Positions 1 through 12,070 of a stretch of 64,000 bases of DNA are shown here, piece by piece; positions within the stretch are counted from its first letter, which is position 1; each line of letters opens with the position of its first letter. A program made the position numbers and the translations under genes. Source of the stretch: Camelus ferus (taxonomy: Eukaryota); contig NC_045696.1 in assembly GCF_009834535.1 (NCBI RefSeq), positions 6,388,001 through 6,452,000 on the forward strand, in the 5' to 3' direction. The notes beneath the pieces were generated by a model. That model was given only the letters and a program-made list of their open reading frames with translations, searched no databases and was not told where the DNA came from.

Positions 1-856
1 GGAACAGTCCCCAGGTTTCCGTGCAGGAGGTCAGGTCCTAACTGCACTGGAAAACGCGAAGTGAACGCTCAGGGTCTCGACTACCTTCCCGCCAGGAGCA
101 CAGAGGGAAGTCATGCACGAGACTCGGGAAGTGAACATCTGGGGGCAGCACGGACAGAGCCCACGGCTCACGTCTACCCTGAACTTGCAGGGACTTCTGG
201 CAGCTCCCCAGGTGATGGAGCTCCCTCTTCTGCACATGTCTGCTCACAGACAGAGAAGGTGGGCCTGCAGTTTGGCTGTGGCAGGAAGAGATTTCATTTT
301 GGTGCAAGGAGGGACCTGAGGGAGCATCCGGACACCAGACCCTCATTTAATAGAGGAGGGAGGCCATGGCCCCTGGGCATGAGGCACGTGGGGTGGCTGA
401 GCTGAGGGAGCAGCTGCATCTCACACCAGTGACCCTGTGTCTCTGCTGTCCCTTTTAAATTCTTACGTGCATCCTGACACTTGCAGATGGAGTCTGGTAT
501 CGTGCACCCATTTGGAGGGAATGGCGTCACTTAAAAAACATTAAGGCTGTTGTATGCCTCCCTTTTATGGGAGATTTGGGATTGGAGGCTTGAAGGCACA
601 AGAGAGATACCTGATGGAAATGAGCAGGACCAGGAGCAGGCTGGGGGTGGAGGCCAGGACATCTGCTGCTGTCTTGTGCTTGCCAGCATTTCCCATGGTG
701 CCAGAATTTTCTCATGAATAAAATTCTTGGAATTTTATCGAAAACAGTGCATCCATGTGTCAGGAACTCGTGGATGAGACGCATTCCAGATGTGCAGTGC
801 ACTGTGTTTTTAGCGCATGGATGTGTGTTTTGAAAAGCCAAGCATAGAGCTGCCTA

Positions 857-1032
857 TTTTTTTTTTAATTGAAGTAGAGTTGATTTACAATGTCGTGTTA
901 GTTTCAGGTGTACAGCATCGGGATTCAATTATACGTATATATATTCTTTTTCAGATTCTGTTTCATTATAGGCTATTAGAAGGTATTGAATATAGTTCCC
1001 TGTGCAATACAGTAGGACCTTGTTGTTTCTCA
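857..1032 (-). mobile_element. 5'-truncated L1 3'-end fragment (cetartiodactyl type) with target-site duplication
   Basis: T-tail followed by ttgaagtagagttgatttacaatg...gtaggaccttgttg; TSD AGCTGCCT(A/G)TTTT at 848 and 1033. Confidence 0.85.
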
Positions 1033-1469
1033 AGCTGCCTGTTTTTCTTGGAGCTCCTTCTACAGGTGAGAGGAGTAATGTACTGTCCCTCCCTTGGTGT
1101 TCAGAGAGGGCTGGTTCCAATGGAGGAAAACTGCAAATGGCTTTGTCACCTTGCGGGTGTGGGGGTGCCGTTCTGAGGGTCCTCTGTGCTTCTTGGAACC
1201 TGAATCACCTGCAGCCCAAGCTGGGCAAGTAAGCTTCAGAAACCAGAAGGGTAGAAGAGTTCCCTGAGCTTCTTAGCAAGGCTGCAGTAGAAACACTTCT
1301 TTGTCCAAGTTTATTAAAACCCCCGCGAGGTTTTAGGGAAAGTTAAACTGAAAAGCATCCTGGATCCCACATTCTGGAAGAGAAGACCTTTCTGGGGAGT
1401 TTGAGGAACATCCACTGTGTGCCATGTGTAATTCTAGGGAAAGAGATGGGGATTATAAGAACAAGGTAT

Positions 1470-1710
1470 ATTCATTCATTCATTCGTCCATTCATCCACT
1501 CATTTTACAGAAAATGCCAACAGCATGCCAGGGAACATACCAGCTGTTGAGGCTACAGTTTCCAGCAGGGGATCCAGATTCCTTCCTGCACAAAACTTGA
1601 ATTGATATCGAGCAAACTGATGTAGACTCACAAGTGAAAACCCATGTTAAGAACTGGACCAGGGGTGGTAAAGGCTAAATCACGTGGGACTAAGTGCTCT
1701 TGACAATAAA
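1470..1710 (-). mobile_element. L2 3' fragment
   Basis: (TTCA)n start followed by a degenerate reverse-complement L2 3' end. Confidence 0.55.
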
Positions 1711-2565
1711 AGATGCCACCCCATCTTCCTCCCCATGTTAGGCAAAGAAACCTGACTTTTAAATTTAGGACTTACAAAGAATGGCATACAAGAGATGATG
1801 TACTTTGCCTGGCATCTGGCTTGTTAGAATTGAGATGGATCATCCAGACCACTGCCTTGAACCACGGGGAGAAGGCAGGTCAGTCACGTCAACTTCCCAT
1901 GTGGGGATAATAGTTGAAATGCAATAAATAATTTTACAGACACTGGCTCATTTGGCCCATTTAACAGCCCTGGGTGGGAGCTGGGCAGCTGGTATCAACA
2001 CCACCTTTATTGACACTCAAGCAAGGATGAGTTGGTACTACTTAAACTTGAATACACACGTGTGCCCAGGGAGCAAGGGCAGCTTCTAACTCAGGTCTTC
2101 TGATCCCGAATCCAACAAATCCAGTGGCGCCGTGCACAACCCTGCTGCCTCCGACATTCTGGTGCCTCTCCGTTGTGTATCCGAAATTTGGTGATAAAAA
2201 GTGAACAGAAAATAATCTTTCCATCTCAAATGAATTATTAAAATTAGATAAAAATGAAGGCTTTTGATGAATATTCCCTGCGTGTTAGGCGATGACAGTG
2301 ATGAGAAAAACAATCACAGGTATTGAATGTCCAGAGTAGAATCAGCCCCACACAAAAGCAGGGGGATGCACAGAGATGTGAAGGGGGTGGCGATGGCATT
2401 CTTTGCACTCATTCCAACTTAAAACACACGAACAGGATGTTTCCACACGTGTTTTTACACTTTTTGTTCATCTCTAAAGAAATAAAGAAGCCTATGGGGG
2501 GAAAATGTGTTTCTTTGTAGAAGAACAAAGAAGCGATTAACATCACTTACACATTGTTTCTTTTG

Positions 2566-2949
2566 TTGTTTAAAAAATTTTTTTTATTGAAGTGTAGTCA
2601 GTAAACAAGGTTGTGTTAGTTTCTGGTGTGCAGCATAGTGATTCAGTTATACATATATATTCTTTTTCATATTCTTTTTCATTATAAGGAGATTTCTTAA
2701 AAAACTGAAAATAAGAGTTACCATATGATCCAGCAGTCCCACTCCTGGGCACACATCTGGAGAAAACTCCAGTTTGAAAAGATACACATGCCCCAGTGTT
2801 CACAGTCGCACTGTTTACAATAGCCAAGACGTGGAAGCAACCTAAGTGTCCGTAAACAGATCTGGATAAAGAAGATGTGGTCTGTATATACAGTGAAATA
2901 TTATTTAGCTATAAAAAAAATGAAATATTGCCATTTGTAGCAATGTAGG
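2566..2949. mobile_element. L1 insertion with 5' inversion (antisense 3' end ~2575-2686, sense ORF2-end segment ~2687-2949)
   Basis: Two L1 segments in opposite orientation (gagttaccatatgatccagca...aatagccaagacgtggaagcaacctaagtgtcc is sense ORF2 end) flanked by direct repeat TGTTTCTTTTG at 2555 and 2950. Confidence 0.85.
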
Positions 2950-2964
2950 TGTTTCTTTTGGCTT

Positions 2965-3315
2965 TTTTAAAAAACCACTTTATCGAGCTTGATCAGCCCA
3001 CCAAAGGCCGTGCTGTGTGTGTAGTGTGTGCAGCTTAATGAGTTTGGAGATAAGTGTCCACCTGTGAAACCATCACCACAAGCAACGCCGTAAGTGCATC
3101 TATCACATCCAGAAGGTTCCTCCTTTGTCTTTATTTATTTTAGATATTTTTGTGATAGGAACACTTCACACAGGCTCTACCCTCTTAGCAAGTTTGTGCA
3201 TGTACGACAGGGTTGTGCTCCCTGCCACACGGTGCTGTGCGGTGGGGCCCTAGGACCGGATACCTTGCGTACCTGGAACCTGCACCGTCTGATTGCCAGG
3301 CTCAACACCCCTATC
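2965..3315 (-). mobile_element. Old L1 (L1MA/MB-like) 3' end
   Basis: cctgtgaaaccatcaccacaa...ctctaccctcttagcaagttt motif of old L1M 3' UTRs. Confidence 0.65.
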
Positions 3316-4300
3316 TCATGCTCATTTCAAATGTTGCAAAGAACATGTGCATAGAGCTGAGAAAGGCAGAAGAGTTGTTTAAAAATTGTTTGTTGGGTTT
3401 CTAATTTCCTGAGGTTCATTTGAATCTAGTTTTCACCACGTGGAACACAACTGTTCTCTCCTTGAAATTTTTCCTCAAAGCACCTTCCACAGTATTTCTA
3501 GGATTTCTGCTTCCCAGTTGAACGCGTCTCTCCTTGCTTTGGTAATAGTACTCATTTTCTAGTAAGCCTTATTTATTTCGCATGTTCCCTAGCTACGTAC
3601 AGTCCCTAGTTGAAGCCGATTGAAGCCGATGTAGATTCAAGGGAACCGTGCTCTGTGGCCACGTGACTGAGGACGTGGTGCCAAGGCCTTTAGCTTCCAA
3701 ACTCCTGATCGGTGGCGGCTCAGTTCACCTCACAAGTGTGTATTCTGTCATTCTGATGTGATAGACGTTTCTAGACTCACAGCATTATGATGGGGCGTTC
3801 ATGTAATTTCATGACTTAGCTCTGTGGTTAATACAAGCATTGACTGACATGTGATGTCAAGAAGCTATTTGGATGCTAGGATCACACACGCGTATGCGTG
3901 CGCGTGTGCACACACCACACAGAGCACACAAAGCATCCTGCCCTGAAGATGCTCGTATCTTAATCAAGGGAGGGGCTGGAGGACAAATTATGTGAGCAAA
4001 GAGAGTTCCCTGGACTGGCTGGGCTGCTCAGAGTTAAGGAGAAATCCAGTGAGTTCAGAGCAGGGACATTCGACTGAAGGTCTTGAGGGGACTGATCTCT
4101 GGCTCAGTCTTTTCTAGAGGGATAAGCTGAGGGCAGGGAAAGCACCCTCGAGGACAAGAAAGGAAGAAACAAGTGAAGGCAAAAAGGGAAGAATCCTGGG
4201 TCTCTGTATCATTTAGGCACTATCTGCCCTAGTGGGTGTGCTGACCAATAAGGACTGGGTAAAAGTCCTCTAAGGCGCTCGGGTAAGGAGAGAAAGAGTA

Positions 4301-4605
4301 ATGTGTGTGTGTGTGTGTGCGCGCGCGCGCATGAATATATATGCTTGTATGTATGAATATGTATATAGGTGTGTATGAATATGCATGTGTGAATATATAT
4401 TTACATATATATGAATATGCATGTTATATAAATATAAGTATGCATATATACATGAATATGTACACATGCATATGAATGTATATGCATGAATATATGTGTA
4501 TATATGAATATGCATGTGAGTATATGGATACATATGTGTACAGATATAGGTATGTATGAATATGCATGTACTTGCATATGACTATGTACATATGTGAGTG
4601 TGTGT

Positions 4606-4650
<45 letters not shown>

Positions 4651-4653
4651 CAC
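4301..4653. repeat. Compound alternating purine-pyrimidine repeat: (TG)n(CG)n, degenerate TATATG/ATGAATATGCATG array, long (TG)n
   Basis: Directly visible. Confidence 0.95.
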
Positions 4654-7600
4654 AGGTATATGAATATATTTGTAAGCTTGTGTCCACACACCAGTCATGG
4701 GTCTCATTCTCTCAGTGCTGGGCTGGTCCTGCGGTTGTAAACGTGTTTGATACTGAAGTGATACCACATTGGAGAAATACACTCTTTAGATGGACTTCAT
4801 TTGCCTACGTACATTTTTCCTTTGAGGTTAATCCAAGATTTTTTTTGGTGTTTCTGAAGGACTGAAATAGCAATGTGTTAAATGAGAAAAACGTGAGCAC
4901 AAAGCTAGATGCCGCATTTAATGTATGATTTTAATGTTTCCTCCACTGAAGAATGAAGAAAGGAAAACAGTATCAAGAAGGGGCAAAAATGAGGCCCACG
5001 CAGCTGGATGAGGCATCTTTAACTCACAGGGTTTGACTTTTTTTGTTCTGTGACTTAAAGACACCAGTGAGATGAAGCTTCTCGTCCATGAGATGTTGGC
5101 AACACCCACTTGCAAAATCCACACTGTTAGCATAGACTTCCGAAGGCTGGCCTGTTGTTGGGCAAATGATGGCAGAATAGAGGTCTTCCATGGGCCTGTT
5201 GTTTTTTTTTTTTGTTTGTGTTGCTTTTTTATCCTCTGGATGTGATTAGGAGCAGACTTTCCAGAAGCATCTACTGCATGCACTTTGCCTTGAAGAGAAG
5301 CTACAAACAGTTGGGCTTGAGACAGCCTAGTGAATAGTTTTCCAGTATCATTAGGTCTGCAGACATCCCTTTAGGGACACTGAGTGGCACTGGCTCTAGT
5401 GTATTTATCAGTGGTGTTCCTATACCTGCCCTGTTCTTCCTGTGTTTTATTTACGAGGAGAAGTCAGGCATCCACCTGCAGTGAACACACCCCAGTACAT
5501 TGGCATCATCTAGCTACAATGAAAAGAATAGGTTTGTTGATTTAAATTATTAAGTAAGAAATACTCATTCTTACAATTGCTGCATAGCTTTTAGAGCGGG
5601 TTGTACTTCGAAGGGTCCTTCCTAGCTTCCAGCGGGCTTTCCACTTACTCTCCTGATGCTGTAATTCCATCCTAAGAACCGGGATGCTGAGCATTCCCCC
5701 CCCCGCCCCCCTTCCCCGCTTTTCCCACCTCTTCCCTCCACCAGCCTCTCCCCTTCTAGGACGTTTCATCTCTCAGCAGTGCTCTTCCCGTGGCCATAGT
5801 GAGACAGGGATGGAGCACTGTGCGCATGACCTCCCTCAGTCCAGCCTCTTCTTCTCGTGGCACGCAGAGGGTGGTAAGGGCACAGCCTCCAGGAGTGAGT
5901 TCACTCCCCGGCCCGAACCCGGCTTCTGCCTCGTCATCCCACGGACATCACTCTGCTTCTCAGCCCTGACTTCTCCTTTGGGGCAGGAATGACGCCTGAC
6001 TTGATCAGGCTATTTTCAGGACTGGGTGACCATATTTCACAAAACTTAAGATGTCATTGATGAGAAAACAAACCATTATGTTATCTGCCATCAGAGGAGA
6101 AGAAACGCTGCCGATGACCCATGACTTGCCATCAGCTGTGGGATGCACCCGGCTTTCAGAGCTGGTAAAATGGGAACAACGATGTCTCTTAAAATCAGTG
6201 AAACAAGACTTACAGGGATCCTGCAGGTGAAGTGCTTCACAGGGTACCTGGTTTATCATTTGATGGATCAGCTCTTAACGCGTCAAGAGAAAAGGGCAGG
6301 AAGGCACCTCATTCACCTCAGTGCAAGCAGTTACGTGATGAGCCAGATTCTGCTTGGTTCTGCGCCGAAGTAATGCATTTAAGATGACATTGGCTGCCTG
6401 AAGTGGGCACTGTCTTGTGACTGCAAGGACTTCTATAAGTTTTGTCATTTGTTTTTCATAACTGTTTGAGACACGTAAGACTTGAGGAAACTGAAGGTCG
6501 ATTTGGTACTCTTGTTCTCTGGTCATTCTCTGAATTTTGGAAAAACACTTAAGAATCGTTTCCCTCCATGTGCCTCCCTGGCTCCCGCTGTGAAAGAGAA
6601 CTGATCGTTCTTTGAGACTTTCTTCATTTCAACACTCTGTCATGCCCAGATCTTCATGAATATTTACATATGTCAGTTTCTCTGTATGGACACTTCAGGA
6701 TTTTTATGAACCATGGGAATCAAAAGTTAGAAACAAAATTGAGCCCAGACTCTTTACTTGATTGTTCTTTTGACTGAAACATCTCAAAATATTCATCTGT
6801 TATGGAAAAAAAATTCATGTTTTGAGACCCTGAAAACTTTTGCTGGAAATGTCAGTATGCTTAAAAGTGCATTTGACTTTTAATTTTCTTTTAAAATCTA
6901 AGCATTTTGGATCCTCTGTTGTACCCAAATCTAGTTACTTAAAAATAGAATCGTGTTTTTGTTTCACAGGATGAAATATAACCTGGTTGAGTTCACCTTC
7001 TGGAACTCTCGGTCAACTGTTATCCCATGACCCGAATCCAGAGACACAGTCCTCATGCGTTATTGATGCATTCGTTATTCAAATGAAATAATAAACACCA
7101 TATACTAACACAGCGGTCCCTCTTGTTTGGGGGCAATTTGCTTAGAATTTATGTGTTTCTCAAAAGTTCATAAGAAATGGCTTTGGTAGCCTGCCACTCG
7201 CCACGTCAGAATATCCCAGCTTTTCCTGGAGCTACAGAAAATACACCCCCACACGCGAACACACACCAATCTAAAGTTCAGGTCTTTTTATAGTAACGTA
7301 GAGGCAAGCATATTAAATTATTTTGCCACGTGTCTGCCAAGTTTTGACTTTTTTTTTTTTTTTTTTTGAATTCTGTGTTATAAAGCAACCAAAGCAGTTC
7401 CTAAGCCCCGCGGCTGGTTGAAGGTTCTGAGAGAATAAGCCCTACATGTTAATAAGGCATCTGCCAACACCTTTGGCAGGTAGGCAGGCAGGTAGGTGAG
7501 ACCACGGACGAGGAGGGAAGCCAGGCGGCAGGGAAGCAGGGACGGCCTCGGTCGAGGCCAGGCAGGGTCCCTGGCAGGGCTGGCGTGGAGGCACTCACGT

Positions 7601-7928
7601 GTTCCTGGTTACCAGCCTGTGTGCAGCGATCCGTTCTGGTTTTAATCCTCCTGGGCTCGATCCTCTCCCCGCTTTGAAGTCCCAGGGCTGCTGGGGTGGG
7701 AGAACCCTCTGCCTCAGCCTTTGTCATTCATACCCGAACCAAAGGGATGATGAAACCTGCATGTAATATAACAGAGTCGAGTGGGCGAACAAAGGCGAGC
7801 CGTGGGTCCCTAGCGTTTGTTTTCTTTGAACAGCAGTTAATTTTATTGATCATCCTTGACGAAGCAGGTCTCTGAAACCACCCTTCAGCGTCTTTTTACT
7901 TACCTGTTGTTAAGTATGCTCATTTGGG

Positions 7929-7967
<39 letters not shown>
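7929..7967. repeat. (GT)n(GA)n compound microsatellite
   Basis: Directly visible. Confidence 0.95.
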
Positions 7968-10845
7968 TTGGTTCGCTTATTTGTTTGTTTCCTTTTCCTG
8001 ACTTGTACTTAACTCTAGGGGTTTGGCTGCACTGGTTTACTTAGAATCACTTTGGGGGGTACTAGATCCAGAATATGGGCTGTATTTCACCCCTTTTGAA
8101 ATTAGATGTTTCTCCTGAAGCTTTCTCATTTTTTCGATTGTTTCTCTAGTGAACAAAAGCAACTTTCGGTATTCTGAAGTGCATGGCCTTTCTCATTTTT
8201 AGGCAGGATTAACTTGGAGGAGAATTTTAAGATATGAGGAAAAGATGTGTGTCCCCCCTACTCCGCCTTATCTCCGGCTTTTGTAATTTTTTTTTCTCAA
8301 TCGATCTCAATTAACTTTGATTTCTTTCTTTAGGAAACCACGTGCTGAAATAATGCTTTGCCAGATGTGAGAATGGGTTCCTCCCCCTCCAAACACACAC
8401 TGAAGCCTTGTTTTAGTTCTAGGATTTTGGTCCATTTGAAAAACCGTGTGCTTCATTTATTTGGTCAGTGGACGTGTTTGCAAGAACACCCTACGTTATC
8501 TTGGGGATAGACTAATATTTCAACACTGGGACGCTTTCTGTTGTGAAAGCCATTTTCTTTCTCATTTGTAATTTACAGCTTAGCCTGTCCCTTACGTCCA
8601 ACCTGTTTCTGCCAATTTCTGATACAAGTTGCATATTTATTCAGGTTTCTCTTCATTGGCGAGCCAACGCTAACATTACATAGTATGTTATTCCCCTCCA
8701 AGCCTTGGTCCAGTCTGCAGGACCAGGCAGGAGGAGGGGGGCAGCCTTCAGCCTGTGTTTTGTTCAGAGTGTGTCAAGCCATTCTGCCCAGTGCTGCGAT
8801 GGGAAGGGAGGCCCTGCTGTGCAGAACTTACTGAGGAAGCTGTCGTTTGCCTTTGTTCATTAGCAGGACTGCACTAATTCCATGGTGCCCATTTTACTTT
8901 TAAGCCCATGCCCTACGTCCCCTCACTCCGTTTGTGACCAGAAGAGAGAGCCTCACGACCCAGGCCCCGACATCTCCCACGCCCACTTCTACACAGCGGA
9001 CTTCAGGGCTGCTGCCTGTTGGTTGATGTGTTTGATTTTGCTGAGTGTTCAAGATGCCTTACTTTTTTTCCGCCTCTCTCTTTCTTGTTCCTGATGCTGG
9101 CTCTCTGGCTCACACAACCCACCCTTCTATACATTTTGTGTTACTGTTTAAACCCCCAGCTTCCTCTTTCCCAGTGTCACAGGGCTGTGATTCTGAGGGA
9201 CGTTAGAGAAGTTGGAGGTGGGGTAAGGGTTGTCATATAAGCACGGGCACCTGGCCACCACTCTGCGAGCCAGAGCTTGGAGTTTGTTCTTTGTGGTTCT
9301 CCCCCACTTCACTGATTCATAGCAGAGGGTGCCCCACGGTGAAGTTCATGTACTTGGGGAGCGATGACGAAGTTAGTCCCTGGGCAGGTGGGGGATAGAG
9401 TGGTGGAGGATGCACTGGGGTGGGGGTCGGGGGCGCTTTGTGAAGTTGCATGTGTTCCTGAAAGATTCTGAAACTTCTGGGAAGGGAGGGAGGTGTCGAT
9501 CTTAGAAAGGCTGCTTCGTGAGGCTCTCTTCCTAATGCAGGGGGAGCATCCTTGCTTACTTAAATGTTAGTTCAAATAAGAAGGGAGTGCTAAGGGAGAC
9601 ACACACCCCAGACCAAGGACTGTAAGAAGGGCATTGTGGGCCATGGGGGCAGGAGGGAGCAGGTGATAAAACACTAGTCAGCATCGTCACTGATTTCCCT
9701 GACTGATCCTGGGTGGCTCATCTCAACGTGAGGCTCGGACCTTTCTGGATCTCAGACTTTCTCTGGACTGGAAGGTCTCTACCATACTCACTGGCTCCAT
9801 AGTTCCCATTTTTTAAAAAATGTGTGACCGCAGCCAGCATTTGCTTCTCACTAGCCAACAGCAATTCCGAGGGCACCAAAGGGCTGAAATAAACGTGAGC
9901 TACCACACAGATTTCCACCCCCCGTTATAGAAACCGAAACTGGACTGTCTCGCAGTTACTCTGTGTAGTTGCTGCACAGTGTACCACTCAAGGAGCTGGA
10001 ATCTCCAGATCAAATTTGCCTTTGCTGATTTGGCCATGAAAACAGAAGCACAGCCGTAAGCTCACCACTTGTTTGACTTAAAGCCACAGAAGAATGATCC
10101 AACAATGACAGATGTCGACTTCTCACCAAATCATGCAAAAAAGAGCAAAGATGTGAACTGAAAGTAAGGGGAAGAAGGAGCTAGTCAGGGATTCAGATAT
10201 TTTAAACATCCTGGTATTTGGAGGCACCTGGATCTTTTTTTTTTTTTTGGTTCATTTATCACCCAGATGTTCACCATCATGAAAACACGGCTTGAAACTC
10301 TCTTCCGGCTGATAACTTAGAAGTGGAAAACTTCGTACCCCTGCCTCTTTGTGCCCCGTTTCCCCCTCACTCTTCTCCTAAGTAGCACTTCTTTCAGCTC
10401 TCCTGGGGATGTGGCAGTTTGGCCATATGCTTAAGGTGTTAGCCGTCACATTTCTTTTTTTAATCTTCATGACCGTTCTGTACCCTGTCTGCTTGAATTA
10501 TAGATTGCATTTGTCAAATAATGACACTTGCAATTGGATGTCTTCTAAGACCTTTGAAATTCAACTTCCTTGAGTTGAGATTAAAGTGGGTATGATCCAT
10601 CCTGCTGCAGCCAGGCCTGGGATGTTTGGAGACCTGCACAGAAGTTTTTCTAGGCTGGCCAGTTCCAACTCTTACCGTCTGGAGGAAAGAAAGCCAGCTA
10701 CTTTATTCTTCCGAAAGGTACAAACGGATGCCGTACGAATTCCCTAAGATGGGGTCCCAGGTGGAAATGACTCTGATGTCAGCAGTGTTTTGAAACGTGA
10801 CTGTCCTTCGGAGTGTCTTGACTCTGTGTTTCTTTGGGCATGCAG

Positions 10846-11063
10846 GAAGCGTTGTCTGTCGTGAGTGAGGACCAGTCATTGTTTGAGTGCGCCTACGGCA
10901 CGCCGCACCTGGCCAAGACGGACATGACTGCGTCCTCCTCCGGCGACTATGGACAGACATCCAAGATGAGCCCGCGCGTTCCTCAGCAGGACTGGCTGTC
11001 TCAACCCCCCGCCAGGGTCACCATCAAGATGGAATGTAACCCCAGCCAGGTGAACGGCTCAAG
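10846..11063 (+). CDS. ERG: ERG internal coding exon, 218 nt ([10 protein letters not shown]...SQVNGSR); equivalent of human 'exon 4', the usual TMPRSS2-ERG acceptor exon
   Basis: Translation [72 protein letters not shown] matches the ERG N-terminus; acceptor tgcag|GAA, donor AAG|gtaagg; phase 0 to 2. Confidence 0.98.
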
Positions 11064-11877
11064 GTAAGGAGACCGACCGCCGGCTCCCGCTCTCCCAGAC
11101 ACACCTCTGGTTCCCCATCCCTAAAAGAGGCAAAGTGGACACGGGTTGCACTTTCCCAAAGCCCACTTCAGAAAGTGATGCTATGGGATGGTCCCCTTGG
11201 GCAAGGCTGAGAAAATGTGTTCCCCAGGGGTTTGCGCTGAGGATCAAGGTTGTAAAACCAGTAGTATATTTACCGAGAACTCGCTTTGAAGATGTGGTGT
11301 TCAATTCCATTTCCCAGGCGTGAGGGCTTGGTGGGAGGGGGCCTCGCCCACATGTGGCAGGATTCATCTCTGAGGTTTTTATTGCCCGGAAAGTAAGGCT
11401 GTCTGGTGTTTTTGTGGAGGCAGAGTGTCAGCTAGTGGCCGGCTGGTGCCGCGCGTGTCCAAGCAGGATCCACTTTGCTGATGCATCCGCTTCCCTGGCC
11501 TGCCGCCCCTCCCCACCCCTCCTCCTCCTCCGTCCCCTTCTTCGGGTGTTGGCTGTTTATTCCTCTCCTTACACTTAAAACCAAGCGCCAGTGTCTCTCA
11601 TCCATGTTATCTTTCCTGAGTTCGCCACGTTAACGCTGCTGCCACGTGGAAGGCACTAGGGAATCATCGACTGTCTGATCCCTGGCACGCAGAAGCAGTT
11701 CATCAGATCCCGTTTTGAAAAGTAAAGTTGATTTCAGTTATGATATCCTACCCCATATACCTTCAGGAAGAACAATATAGACTCTGAGGACAAAGAAATC
11801 ATGATTCCTTTTAAAAGTTGCATAGTCTGCCTAGGGTCAGAAGACCAGCTTACTTTTTGTCAGTGATTTATGATGTA

Positions 11878-12070
11878 TAAAGCCCTTTTACATCCATGAC
11901 CTGTCAGTCCTCCACGCAGCCCTGTGAGGAATGCTTGTCCCCATTTGATGGATGAGGAAACTGAGACCCAGGCATTCTCCTGCTGACCCAGATTATCACT
12001 GAGAGTAACTCAGAATGTGGATGTAAACCAGGGATGTTGTGCTCCACACCCAGTGCGTTTTTCCACTCTG
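11878..12070 (-). mobile_element. MIR SINE
   Basis: ccccatttgatggatgaggaaactgagaccc is the reverse-complement MIR core. Confidence 0.75.

Noticed and set aside
3610..3630. 10-bp tandem duplication TGAAGCCGAT, and GAGGAAAACCA repeats near 53360
   Set aside because: Ordinary slippage micro-duplications with no further structure
4270..4865. His/Thr/Tyr/Cys-rich ORFs
   Set aside because: Translations of the (TG)n/(TATATG)n repeat
1..10845. ERG +85 stem-cell enhancer or ERG promoter/first exon
   Set aside because: No MASTIK-coding exon or CpG island seen; scattered GATA, E-box and ETS words (e.g. 6080-6340) are not enough to assign the known enhancer, which I cannot place in this window
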